Source of the DNA: a candidate division FCPU426 bacterium
Lineage (GTDB): Bacteria > Oederibacteriota > Muellerivitia > Muellerivitales > Muellerivitaceae
Direction of reading: 5' to 3'
Assembly: GCA_963847625.1 (NCBI GenBank)
Contig: CAWKAR010000040.1
Location: 1-64,000, forward strand
DNA: 64,000 nt
Of the stretch, positions 31,191 through 40,660 are shown piece after piece (within the stretch, counting starts at the first letter, position 1; each line of letters opens with the position of its first letter). The translations under genes and the position numbers were made by a program. The notes beneath the pieces were generated by a model that ran no database searches, was not told the DNA's origin, and saw only the letters and a program-made list of their open reading frames with translations.

Positions 31191-32183
31191 TTGGCAAAGA
31201 AAGCTTTCATTACCGGGATTACCGGCCAGGACGGAAGTTATCTTACCGAACTTTTATTGGAAAAAGGGTACGAGGTTCATGGCATCTATCGGCGCAGCTC
31301 AGCGCCCAATACCCAACGTTTGGATCACCTCCTGAATAAGCCTGAAAAAAAACTCATTCTCCACTTCGGGGACCTTTCCGATACCAGCAGCCTCATCCAA
31401 CTATTAAGCGAAATCCAGGCGGATGAAATATATAATTTGGGCGCCCAATCCGAAGTCGGCGTTTCTTTTGCGAATCCCCAATACACTGCTGAATCCACTG
31501 CTTTGGGGGCCTTAAATATTTTGGAGGCTATCCGCCAAAGTAAGATCCGCGTCCGCTATTACCAGGCTTCCAGTTCTGAAATGTTCGGCATGGCCCAGGA
31601 AATCCCCCAGAAGGAAAGCACCCCTTTTCATCCGCGAAGCCCCTATGGTGTTTCCAAGGTATTCGCCTACTGGATGACCATCAACTATCGTGAGGCTTAT
31701 AAGCTTTTCGGCTGTAATGGGATTCTTTTCAACCACGAATCCCCCCGGCGGGGGGAAACTTTTGTAACACGCAAGATCACCCTTGCCCTGTCCCGGATCA
31801 AAGCCCGCCTCCAAGACAAGTTATATCTTGGGAATTTAAACGCCAAACGGGATTGGGGATACGCCAAGGACTACGTGGAAGCCATGTGGCTCATGCTTCA
31901 ACAGGAAAAGCCCGATGACTATGTCGTTGCAACGGGAGAAACCCATTCCATTCGTGAATTCCTGGAGGAAGCTTTCGGCTATCTAAACATGGAATACCAG
32001 AAATACGTTGAAATCGACCCGAAATTCATGCGTCCCGTGGAAGTGGAACATCTGCAAGGGGATTGCTCAAAGGCAAAAAAAGTTCTGGGATGGAAACACA
32101 GTGTGGATTTTAAAGGATTGGTTCGCCTGATGGTTGACGCTGACTTGAAACTGGTTGGTTTAACCCCACCCAATCAAAAGTAA
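31191..32183 (+). CDS. gmd: GDP-mannose 4,6-dehydratase
   Basis: TTG start after [60 protein letters not shown]. Confidence 0.93.
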   Translation: MAKKAFITGITGQDGSYLTELLLEKGYEVHGIYRRSSAPNTQRLDHLLNKPEKKLILHFGDLSDTSSLIQLLSEIQADEIYNLGAQSEVGVSFANPQYTAESTALGALNILEAIRQSKIRVRYYQASSSEMFGMAQEIPQKESTPFHPRSPYGVSKVFAYWMTINYREAYKLFGCNGILFNHESPRRGETFVTRKITLALSRIKARLQDKLYLGNLNAKRDWGYAKDYVEAMWLMLQQEKPDDYVVATGETHSIREFLEEAFGYLNMEYQKYVEIDPKFMRPVEVEHLQGDCSKAKKVLGWKHSVDFKGLVRLMVDADLKLVGLTPPNQK

Positions 32184-32230
32184 GCGGACTTTCAATCGTC
32201 TTTCTGAAGCCATAGCATTATTTAAAGGGA

Positions 32231-33064
32231 TTATTTCTTTGGCTTTCTTGCAATGAAGAAGTAGCAAGCCCCTTTCGAATCCTCTTCTTTCAATAAATCT
32301 TTAAACCACCAGTTGAAAAAACCCGGAGCCCAAAATCGGGGTAAAAGCACCCACCGTTTAAACAAAGCCTTCCAAATTTTCGAAGGTATTGCGGGGATAA
32401 ACCATCTTTCAAAAACATAGAATACATTCATGGGAATGATGTATTCACCGCTATTCAATTTCAAACCGGCTTTTTGAAAGCATTTTTCCCAAACCTCCTT
32501 CTCATTGACATGGAAATGCTTGGAAACCTTGTTTAAGACTCGGTTATACCATTGGGCTGCTTGGTTAAAACCGATCGCCTTAAATATCTTTTGGTAAAAA
32601 GAGTCTTTGTCCCAATATTCGCTGGGTACTGAGGTTAAAAGCCGCCCACCAGGTTTTAAAACCCGGTAAACTTCGGAAAGAACACCATCGATATCGGGAA
32701 TATGTTCCATTACGCAGTTGGAGATGACTGTATTAAAACTCCTGTTTTTAAAAGGCATCTTGGTCGCGCTAGCCACCAGGGCACGATCATAAGTCCCGCG
32801 CTTAATGGCCCTTGCCACTTCCCCCTCGTCCAAATCAATCCCGGCATCCACATGGCCAAAAACAGTTTGAGCGAAAAAACCGTCGCCGCAGCCCAAATCC
32901 AGGATGGGGCCTTTTAATTTTTCTTTGGCGAAGCGCTCGCATTCATAAGAACGCCAGAGCGAATGAGCCACGGAAGTGTACAGCAGATAATGCCCGAAAA
33001 ATTCCTGACGCGTTTTCATTGTCGTACCCCCATTTATCCTGAGATAATCACTGCGTAAGATCAT
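32231..33064 (-). CDS. Class I SAM-dependent methyltransferase
   Basis: ILDLGCGDG, MPF..SFNTVISNCVMEH, RVLKPGG; alternative start ATG 33019. Confidence 0.85.
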   Translation of the reverse strand: MILRSDYLRINGGTTMKTRQEFFGHYLLYTSVAHSLWRSYECERFAKEKLKGPILDLGCGDGFFAQTVFGHVDAGIDLDEGEVARAIKRGTYDRALVASATKMPFKNRSFNTVISNCVMEHIPDIDGVLSEVYRVLKPGGRLLTSVPSEYWDKDSFYQKIFKAIGFNQAAQWYNRVLNKVSKHFHVNEKEVWEKCFQKAGLKLNSGEYIIPMNVFYVFERWFIPAIPSKIWKALFKRWVLLPRFWAPGFFNWWFKDLLKEEDSKGACYFFIARKPKK

Positions 33065-33077
33065 CCTTCTAGAATCG

Positions 33078-33800
33078 CTAAATTTTCCCTATGAGGGTGA
33101 GCCAGCGAAGCAGGAAAATGTTAACCGCATACCCAATGACTTCATTCATCCCGAGTTTGCTCTTGCCCTTTTCACGGTTCACGAGAATGATGGGGATTTC
33201 CTTCACCCTCGCCCCGGCTCGGATGGCACGGTAAAGAATCTCAACGTAAAAAACGTACCCTTTCGAGATGATATGATCCGGCCGAATCTTGCGAAGCAGT
33301 TCAGCCGTATAGCACTTGAAACCACCCGAACAATCCTTTTGATCGATTCGCAATATTTTCTTTACCATGTAATTGGCAAACATACTGATGAGAAGCCGCC
33401 GGATACTCCAATTCACCATTCCACCGTCCCGGACATAACGCGAGCCGATCACTAGGTCATATTCACCCATGAGGTTTAACATTTGAGGTATATAGGCCGG
33501 GTCATGGGACAAGTCGGCGTCGATGGTGATGATCAATTCGTACTTTTTGTCCAACGCATAGTAAAATCCCGTGATGACCGCGGTTCCAAGGCCTAATTTC
33601 CCGGAACGGTGAAAGACCTTAACCCGCTTGTCTTTTAAAGACAGACGATCCGCCATTTCCCCCGTTCCATCGGGCGACCCATCGTCAATAATGAGAATAT
33701 GGCAGGTCTTGGAAACGCGGGTGATACGCCGGTATATCATCTCAAGGTTTTCTATTTCATTATAAGTTGGTACAATAACTAACGTTTTTTTGCGTTTCAT
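33078..33800 (-). CDS. Second polyprenol monophosphomannose synthase (Dpm1/Ppm1-like GT2)
   Basis: VPTYNE, IDDGSPDGT, KLGLGTA, IDADLSHDP, VIGSRYV, DCSGGFKC, EIPI...REKGKSK. Start taken at MKRKK (33800) because the track's longer N-terminus overlaps the divergent gene. Confidence 0.87.
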   Translation of the reverse strand: MKRKKTLVIVPTYNEIENLEMIYRRITRVSKTCHILIIDDGSPDGTGEMADRLSLKDKRVKVFHRSGKLGLGTAVITGFYYALDKKYELIITIDADLSHDPAYIPQMLNLMGEYDLVIGSRYVRDGGMVNWSIRRLLISMFANYMVKKILRIDQKDCSGGFKCYTAELLRKIRPDHIISKGYVFYVEILYRAIRAGARVKEIPIILVNREKGKSKLGMNEVIGYAVNIFLLRWLTLIGKI

Positions 33801-33990
33801 CTTTTTCAAAGACCGCGCCGAACGTTCTGCCGATGTTGTCATGCGGAAACCACTCCAGAAGAAAAGATGCAACGCCCCGTAACTCAATTGGTACGATGGG
33901 ACGTGACGACAAGTTGGGGCAATATTATCATTCCCCGGCAGAGATTGGTAGGAAAAGCCCCTCCAAAACAAAAAAAACGAGGAACTATCG

Positions 33991-35229
33991 ATGCCTAGAA
34001 AAACATGCAGGATCGACGAATCCGAACTCATCGAAGTCATGGACCTCGGAGTCCAATATGTTTCCGATTTCGTGGAAAATCCCACGGACGGGGAGCAGTC
34101 CTCGTTGAAGGTGGGCATTGGTAAGGGCTCTGGCTTGCTCCAGCTCTTCGAGAGCTTTTCGCCCGAAAAAATGTACCGCCGTTACTGGTACCGGTCCGGC
34201 ATTAACGAATCCATGGTATCGGAGTTGAAAAATATAACCGATTCGGCAAGAAAATTCGTCGAATTAAAAACCGGCGATACTGTGCTGGACATCGCCTCCA
34301 ACGATGGAACTCTTCTGAGCTTCTGGAATAAAGACCTCTTTAGGATCGGTATCGATCCGGCCAAAAACTTGAAACAATATTCGGAAAAACACGCCAACGT
34401 CATCGTAGAGGACTTTTTCAATTCAAAACATTTTTTCTCCCACAGTAAAAACAAGGCCCGGATCATCACCTCCATTGCTATGTTTTATGACATCGAGAAC
34501 CCCAACTGGTTCGTGAAGGAAGTTGGAAACTGCTTGGATGAAGAAGGTATATGGATCATCCAAATGAGTTACATGCCACTCATGCTCGAGCAAAACGCCT
34601 TCGACAATATCCTGGCCGAACATATCGAGTATTATTCCTTCACGGTTTTAAACAATCTCCTTGCCGCAAATAAACTAAAAGTGATCAACGTGGAACTTAA
34701 CGATATCAATTCCGGCAGTTTCCGCGTTTATATTTCTCAAAAGGGAAATAAGACCTTCAAACTCCCCTATCACGCCCAGCAAATCGGGGATTTCCGAGTA
34801 AAATCCCTTCTGGAATATGAAAAAAGCCTTCGCCTGCTGGAACCCAAGCCTTATATAGATTTTTTCAATCGCATCAAGAAAAACAAGGAAACAACCCTTG
34901 ATCTTTTAAGGGATATCAAGGGAAAAAATAAGACCGTCATCGGCTATGGTGCCAGCACAAAAGGCAATACTCTTCTTCAGTTTTACGGCATCACGCCTGA
35001 CCTCATTTCCTGTATTGCCGAAAGGTCTCCCGAGAAAATCGGGAAAAAAACCATTGGGACCGGTATTCCCATTATCACCGAGGAAGAAGCCCGGCGGCGA
35101 AAGCCTGATTATCTTTTCGTTTTTCCCTGGCACTTTGTTGATAGTTTCAAAAAACGTGAAAAAAAACTATTGGAATCGGGTACACAAATGATTGTTCCCC
35201 TTCCCTATTTGCAAATCGTTAAAGATTAG
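33991..35229 (+). CDS. NDP-hexose C-methyltransferase-like class I SAM-dependent methyltransferase
   Basis: YWYRSG, LDIASNDGTLL, GIDPA, AFDNILAEHIEYYS, GYGASTKGNTLL, PDYLFVFPWHF. Confidence 0.85.
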   Translation: MPRKTCRIDESELIEVMDLGVQYVSDFVENPTDGEQSSLKVGIGKGSGLLQLFESFSPEKMYRRYWYRSGINESMVSELKNITDSARKFVELKTGDTVLDIASNDGTLLSFWNKDLFRIGIDPAKNLKQYSEKHANVIVEDFFNSKHFFSHSKNKARIITSIAMFYDIENPNWFVKEVGNCLDEEGIWIIQMSYMPLMLEQNAFDNILAEHIEYYSFTVLNNLLAANKLKVINVELNDINSGSFRVYISQKGNKTFKLPYHAQQIGDFRVKSLLEYEKSLRLLEPKPYIDFFNRIKKNKETTLDLLRDIKGKNKTVIGYGASTKGNTLLQFYGITPDLISCIAERSPEKIGKKTIGTGIPIITEEEARRRKPDYLFVFPWHFVDSFKKREKKLLESGTQMIVPLPYLQIVKD

Positions 35230-35403
35230 AATTTTTTAAAAATTAATTGCCAAAGCTCCAAGGTTACCGGAAAATAAAAAAAATATTTTTCGTGAAACTA
35301 TTTTTCCCGATTCAAGTGAGTCTTGGTGCTGAAGAGCGATAAATTCGATGGCGCCAAACCCAGTTCTTTAAGAAGGGTTCAAGCGCCTCTCAGTACTTAC
35401 TAA

Positions 35404-35446
35404 GTTCGCCCTGAGCAAACCCCACCATATAGGTCGGTGTCGAAGG
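35404..35446 (+). repeat. Degenerate REP-like palindromic unit
   Basis: GTTCGCCCTGAGC...GTCGAAGG resembles REP-type units of the form GTTCGCCCTGAGCTTGTCGAAGG (recalled, not searched) with a longer internal segment; single copy in the window. Confidence 0.3.
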
Positions 35447-35471
35447 TTTGATTTTGTGAACGGAGTTTTCC

Positions 35472-36461
35472 ATGCCGAAAAAAGCTTTGATTACGGGCGT
35501 TCCAGGACAGGACGGAAGTTATTTAGCCGAATTCCTTCTGGCAAAAGGTTATGAAATATTCGGCTTGGTCCGCTGGCTGCCCTATGAGAACCTCGATTAT
35601 GTGGAACCCATCCTACGAGACCCCTCCAAACCTTTTAAGATTTACGAAGTCGACTTGACGGATTCGGGCCGCTTAACCAACTTATTGAGGGACATTCAAC
35701 CCCAGGAGATTTACAATCTTGCCGCCCAGTCGGACGATGAGGTATCCATAGGAGCCCCCGAATACACGGCTGAAATTAACGGAATGGCCCCAGTGCGGCT
35801 TTTGGAGTCTATGTGTCAGGCCGGAATCCAATCCCGGTTTTTCCAAGCATCTAGTTCGGAAATCTTTGGTGCCGCCAAGAGTAGCCTTCAATCAGAAAAC
35901 ACTCCCATTCAGCCCCGCAGCCCTTATGGTTTTGCCAAAGCTTTCGCTCATGGAATGGTGGGTTATTATCGAAATGTCCGTAAAATTTACGCCGCCAGCG
36001 GAATTCTTTTCAACCACGAATCTCCCCGGCGCGGCGCGGCCTTTGTCACAAGGAAAATAACGCGCGGGCTGGCCCAGATCGTGGCGAAAAAGCTGGACAA
36101 AATAACCCTTGGCAATTTGGAATCCCAAAGGGATTGGGGCTACGCCAAGGATTATGTACAAGCCATGTGGCTTACGCTTCAACAAAAGGAACCCGATGAT
36201 TTCGTCATTGCCACTGGAGAAAGCCATTCCATCAGGGAATTCCTCGAAGAGGCTTTTTCATATTTGGGGTTGGATTACCGGAAATACGTTGAATCCGACG
36301 CCAAACTTATGCGGACAGTTGAAATCCAAGCCATGCGTGGGGACAACACTAAAGCCCGAAAAATTCTGGGATGGAAACCATCCGTTGACTTTCGTCAGTT
36401 AGTGCGGTTGATGGTGGATGCGGATTTAATAAAGGCCGGACTGACGCCCCCCAAACCCTGA
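35472..36461 (+). CDS. gmd: Second, diverged GDP-mannose 4,6-dehydratase-family protein
   Basis: [46 protein letters not shown] and QSHV motifs altered. Confidence 0.8.
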   Translation: MPKKALITGVPGQDGSYLAEFLLAKGYEIFGLVRWLPYENLDYVEPILRDPSKPFKIYEVDLTDSGRLTNLLRDIQPQEIYNLAAQSDDEVSIGAPEYTAEINGMAPVRLLESMCQAGIQSRFFQASSSEIFGAAKSSLQSENTPIQPRSPYGFAKAFAHGMVGYYRNVRKIYAASGILFNHESPRRGAAFVTRKITRGLAQIVAKKLDKITLGNLESQRDWGYAKDYVQAMWLTLQQKEPDDFVIATGESHSIREFLEEAFSYLGLDYRKYVESDAKLMRTVEIQAMRGDNTKARKILGWKPSVDFRQLVRLMVDADLIKAGLTPPKP

Positions 36462-36565
36462 CTTCAATTTGCCGAGGGGAGATTGGGGAATCTTAAAAGG
36501 CGTTAACCCCGATTCCGAGCAACTTAAACTCAACTTCTATAACGTTATTCCTTTAGTGGCACGAT

Positions 36566-37315
36566 TTATTTAAACTTTGGTTCCAGCCAATCCGCCCAGC
36601 CTTTTTCGCTATGACCATGAGCATACTTCACTTGAAGCGAAAGCTCCTTGGCCCCCTTAGTTTCCACATCCACAGGAACAGGTTTCATGCTCGGATCCAT
36701 AATATGACTTTTAAAAATTCTTTTTCCATCGGCTAAAACTGAAAATATCACCGCGTCGCTTTCCCCTCCGCCGTTGTCTGCGCCGACCTTACAGGAAAAA
36801 CGCTTAACGCGTCCATTTAATGCAAAGACTATTTTTGAAGGGGCATGGGTTCCAATGCCATGTTCGAACCCCTTATCGGCCACCTTGAGTGGATCGCCAA
36901 CGATATTTCTGTCAATTTCAGGATTACCGCTTCCATCCTTTGACCATCCAACGTATCCCGACTTGGACTTGATGCCATTAAAATCTAAAGTCATTGACAT
37001 CTGAATCGACTTTGGTTTTTGTGGGATGGCTTGTTTTTCCTCAATTTTTACGGTAGGTACCGCAGTCGGCACTAAAATCACCGGAGGTGTAACTACGGCA
37101 CGACCTGGAGCTTGGTCCTTTCTCCTGTTCCAATAAGAATGCGCTAAATAAAACACCAAGACCACAACGATACCCCAACGAATAATCTGGGTTGCATAAA
37201 CCGCCGCTTTGGGTAGTGTAAATCGAGGGGAAGAAATCTTATTCGGCCCTACAATCTCGGATTCTTTTTTAGGAATCCTGACTGGCCGTTTCTTACGAAC
37301 AATTTTCTTTGGCAT
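36566..37315 (-). CDS. Membrane-anchored NPCBM/NEW2 carbohydrate-binding domain protein
   Basis: Basic N-terminus, one TM, Pro/Thr linker, then DRNIVG.PL...FEHGIGTHAPS...KVGAD...FSVLADG...WADW. Confidence 0.8.
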   Translation of the reverse strand: MPKKIVRKKRPVRIPKKESEIVGPNKISSPRFTLPKAAVYATQIIRWGIVVVLVFYLAHSYWNRRKDQAPGRAVVTPPVILVPTAVPTVKIEEKQAIPQKPKSIQMSMTLDFNGIKSKSGYVGWSKDGSGNPEIDRNIVGDPLKVADKGFEHGIGTHAPSKIVFALNGRVKRFSCKVGADNGGGESDAVIFSVLADGKRIFKSHIMDPSMKPVPVDVETKGAKELSLQVKYAHGHSEKGWADWLEPKFK

Positions 37316-37546
37316 AAACACTCCTTATTAAAATAATTATTCGAACAAATTATAGTGGTTCTCTTCTAATTCATGCTTGGTTATTTTCTGCCGCGAGGTA
37401 CTGGAATGCCGATAACTAGTTTTTTCTGCCACTTTCTTCAATATTTCTAAAAAATGTATAAGTCAGGTCAAAGAGGCCTTTCCATCAGCATAATGCCCCA
37501 CAAAACACTCGTTACTAGCTTACTTTGCAACTTCTAGGAGAAAAAC

Positions 37547-38296
37547 CTAATTTTTTACCCCGACGCAAAACAAGGATAATCCGATAGGTCGGGGAAGCCA
37601 TTGTTCAATCAACCCAGTCCACCGGACAATCTGGTCATAAATCATCATTTGGTTACGGGGGACAATCGGTCTCCTAAGAACCTGACCGTTGAACCACCAC
37701 CCAAAAATACCCAAAAGATTCAAATACCTGCAAAAGTGGACATTAAAACCAGTATCCTGAAAAAGTCTCTCCAACCCGTTTTTGTAATACCTGCGATGAT
37801 GTCCATAGCTCCTGTCCATGGATCCATAAATAAATTGAAGGGCCGGTACAAAAAGAAGAAATTTCCCTCCAGGTTGGAGCACTTGATGGCATTCCATAAG
37901 AAATCGGGAGTCATTTTGGATATGTTCCAACACGTTGACGCAGACCACAGTGTCCGCTCTGAACGATCGAACTTGGCCTAAGCCTGTTGATAAATCCATT
38001 TTTTTAAAACGGACATTCTGCCGTTTATCTAAAATCATTCGAGCGGTGTCCAAATAATCTTGGTGAAAATCCATGGCCAATACTTCCCCTCGATCGGCCA
38101 GGCAGGAAGTCATATTCCCGATACCGCAACCAACTTCCAATATTCTTTTCCCGAGATAGGGTTCCATTAAATGATTGATCCACTGGTTGTAATGGACAGC
38201 CAGGGCAAGGTCATCCAGAGTTTCTCTTTGGCCGTCCCATTCCGCGACCTTAGCCGGAGAAGAAGACTTTCTTCTTTCAAAGTGATTTTTTTTCAT
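37547..38296 (-). CDS. Class I SAM-dependent methyltransferase (type often linked to GT2 genes)
   Basis: ILEVGCGIGN, NVLEHI, LQPGG..LLFVPA, D...GHHRRY; GGAG upstream of ATG 38296. Confidence 0.85.
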   Translation of the reverse strand: MKKNHFERRKSSSPAKVAEWDGQRETLDDLALAVHYNQWINHLMEPYLGKRILEVGCGIGNMTSCLADRGEVLAMDFHQDYLDTARMILDKRQNVRFKKMDLSTGLGQVRSFRADTVVCVNVLEHIQNDSRFLMECHQVLQPGGKFLLFVPALQFIYGSMDRSYGHHRRYYKNGLERLFQDTGFNVHFCRYLNLLGIFGWWFNGQVLRRPIVPRNQMMIYDQIVRWTGLIEQWLPRPIGLSLFCVGVKN

Positions 38297-38444
38297 AAAA
38301 CTCCTAATTTCCATGCTAAACAAAATCAAAAACCCAAACTAAAAGTATTGGTGAAATAAGTTTAAAAATTTATCGCAACACTTCAATCGCACAAATACGG
38401 GTAGGTTCCCAAGAACAAAATTCTTTATATCGGCCTATCCAAAA

Positions 38445-40529
38445 TTATTGCCCTGTTTGGTATCTGCCATTTTGATTCACAAAGTCCAAACCCCGTTTGG
38501 CTTCGGCATACCCCGGATTTAATTCCAAAGTCTTTTGGAATAATTTTCCTGCTGTTTGGTAATCATTAGTATCCATTGCGGCAACAGCCCAATTGTAATA
38601 GGCTTCGGGATAATTGGGATCCAAAGTTGTCGCTTTTCTATACCATTCCATTGAATCATTTAGCCGTCCAAGATGAAATAATGAATTCCCCAAGTTGTAA
38701 GCGTATTTGGAATCTGTGGGATCCCAATTTTGTGCCCAGGCAAACTGGTCGGAGGATTTTTCATAATCCCCCTGAATAGCCAAGAGATCCTGCATTTTCG
38801 GGTGCAAGGACAGTTTTTCCTTGGCATCATCCCCAAGATCTTCGTAATAAACGCCTAAGCTGTTACGGCTTATGCCATAGTTAACAACAAGTTGTTCACG
38901 AGTCCTCGAATCATAGGGAAACAATGAATTTTGAAAATGCCGAAATCGCAAAACACCCCAAATATATTCGGCCCGGGAATCCTCCAAATACGGCTCTTGC
39001 TCTTTCAAAAAAACCTTTGTCACAAGGCCATAGGGAACCAGCTTAGTTCCCGGCATGAGGCCCTCATCCGGTTGATTAAAACTAAAATAAAGTTCAAGTT
39101 CCTTGTTGTGTTCCACCATCCATTGCGACATGGTTGAAATCGCCTCAACCCCAACTGGATTTTTGGAAAAAGGCACCTGAAGCCCGGGATGGTTTAACGC
39201 AAGATTGCGGCGGACCCATTCCATGGGCAATCCGTCCACTCCAACCACGGACAAATCTAGTCTTTTTCCTTCCACCCATTGGAAGTACCAAGATGGAAAT
39301 ACAACGCTGTCTCCCCGGCAATAAAAAAGGCAATTTTTCGGGAGAGACTTCCATTCATTTAAAACATAATCGTAGGTGTAGCTGTAATCCGTCTGCCGGA
39401 GGCGGTTATAGCGGATAATCCCCTGCGCCAAAAGTAAAAATGAAAAGGTAACAATAAAGAAGATTTGCAGACCTCGGCGAAACCGCACTGGGTTTTTAGA
39501 AGACAATAATATTTCCAACCCCCATGCACTAAAAATTAGAATAAATACATGCGTGGAAAGAACATAGGATTGGATCAAATATTGCCGTTCTTTCGGGAGA
39601 TTCAGGTAAATACTCAAAACAGCGAAAAAGGAAAACCAGGCTAATACCATTCCCCGGGCTAGGGGCAAACGTCGTTTAAACGCCATCCAGGCTCCTAAAA
39701 TAGCCAAGAGCATCAAGCCGGAAAATTCCAGAAAACTCGCTTTAAGGCAAAGCCATAATTGTAAAATCCATGAACTTGGCCCTCCGCTGGTTTCGGCGCC
39801 CAAGTATTGACTTCGAAGAAAATTCGAAACGAAATTTTGGAATGAATCGGGATTGCCCCAATTCAACAGGGGTCCTTGGTGACTCCTTAAAGGAAGGTAA
39901 AGGTTGACCGATAGGCCGAGAACAAGTAAGGCTAAAAATACAAAAACCATTTTCCATTCCCTTATTTTTTCTTTCTTCGTTTCAAGGATAATTAAAATAA
40001 ATCCGGGTGATAAAACTACAATACTCATCCAATGATGGGCCAGGGAAAGACCTATCAGAAAAAACGCGAATAGAAACTTCCCTTCTCCCAAGGTCAATAG
40101 GATGACGACTAAAAAAAGTGCGGTAAGATGATAAATACCAGTTTTAGCGCTTAAAGCCGCTGGAAATGTGGTTACGCCGGTGATCCAAAGCAGGGACAAG
40201 ATTGAAGCCATAGGCCGCGAGACCCGAACCCAACCCCTGAGAAATATATAGAGGCAGACGCAAACTGCGGCCGCCAGGCTGCAGGACATAAGATTCACCC
40301 GGAATGGTAAATGGGCTAAGGGCAACATGGCGTAAATATGTCCAAAAATTGTGTAAAGCGGATAACCGGGTGGGTGGGGAATTCCTAGTAAAGTGGAAGC
40401 AGTAATAGTTTCAGGGCTGTCGTCAACATAAAACGAAGGATTTAAACCCGTCAATAAAAAACCCAAGGCGAGTAAAAAAAGAAGGCATGGAATCAATATT
40501 TTATCCGGGGGATTGGGTGTGCTTTCCAT
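38445..40529 (-). CDS. DUF2723 / TMEM260-like GT-C membrane protein with C-terminal TPRs
   Basis: YVDDSPE...LGIPHPPGYPLY, RVNLMS, GLSLAHH, YLPLRS...LNWGNP, GDSVVFPSWYFQ.VEG.R.D; TPRs YNLGNSLFHLGR and YPEAYYNWAV. Confidence 0.85.
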   Translation of the reverse strand: MESTPNPPDKILIPCLLFLLALGFLLTGLNPSFYVDDSPETITASTLLGIPHPPGYPLYTIFGHIYAMLPLAHLPFRVNLMSCSLAAAVCVCLYIFLRGWVRVSRPMASILSLLWITGVTTFPAALSAKTGIYHLTALFLVVILLTLGEGKFLFAFFLIGLSLAHHWMSIVVLSPGFILIILETKKEKIREWKMVFVFLALLVLGLSVNLYLPLRSHQGPLLNWGNPDSFQNFVSNFLRSQYLGAETSGGPSSWILQLWLCLKASFLEFSGLMLLAILGAWMAFKRRLPLARGMVLAWFSFFAVLSIYLNLPKERQYLIQSYVLSTHVFILIFSAWGLEILLSSKNPVRFRRGLQIFFIVTFSFLLLAQGIIRYNRLRQTDYSYTYDYVLNEWKSLPKNCLFYCRGDSVVFPSWYFQWVEGKRLDLSVVGVDGLPMEWVRRNLALNHPGLQVPFSKNPVGVEAISTMSQWMVEHNKELELYFSFNQPDEGLMPGTKLVPYGLVTKVFLKEQEPYLEDSRAEYIWGVLRFRHFQNSLFPYDSRTREQLVVNYGISRNSLGVYYEDLGDDAKEKLSLHPKMQDLLAIQGDYEKSSDQFAWAQNWDPTDSKYAYNLGNSLFHLGRLNDSMEWYRKATTLDPNYPEAYYNWAVAAMDTNDYQTAGKLFQKTLELNPGYAEAKRGLDFVNQNGRYQTGQ

Positions 40530-40660
40530 AATTTTTAAAAATTAAAACACTATATAACAAAGACTCCAAGAAAATAATTCATTAAGAATATCGAATCATT
40601 TACTGGGAAAACAGGGTTTATGGCAAGAGGAATGAAAAATATTTTATGAACCGATTTTCA

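Noticed and set aside
30904..31197. 97-aa minus-strand ORF between the GT-C gene and gmd
   Set aside because: Overlaps both neighbours and shows no motif.
33801..34118. N-terminal extension of the 346-aa GT2 ORF
   Set aside because: Overlaps the divergent methyltransferase start; GT2 homology begins at KKTLVIVPTYNE.
35325..35392. SAH-riboswitch-like words (CTGAAGAGCG...CGCCAAACCCAG) upstream of gmd2
   Set aside because: Similarity is partial, pairing is poor and the gene context is wrong.
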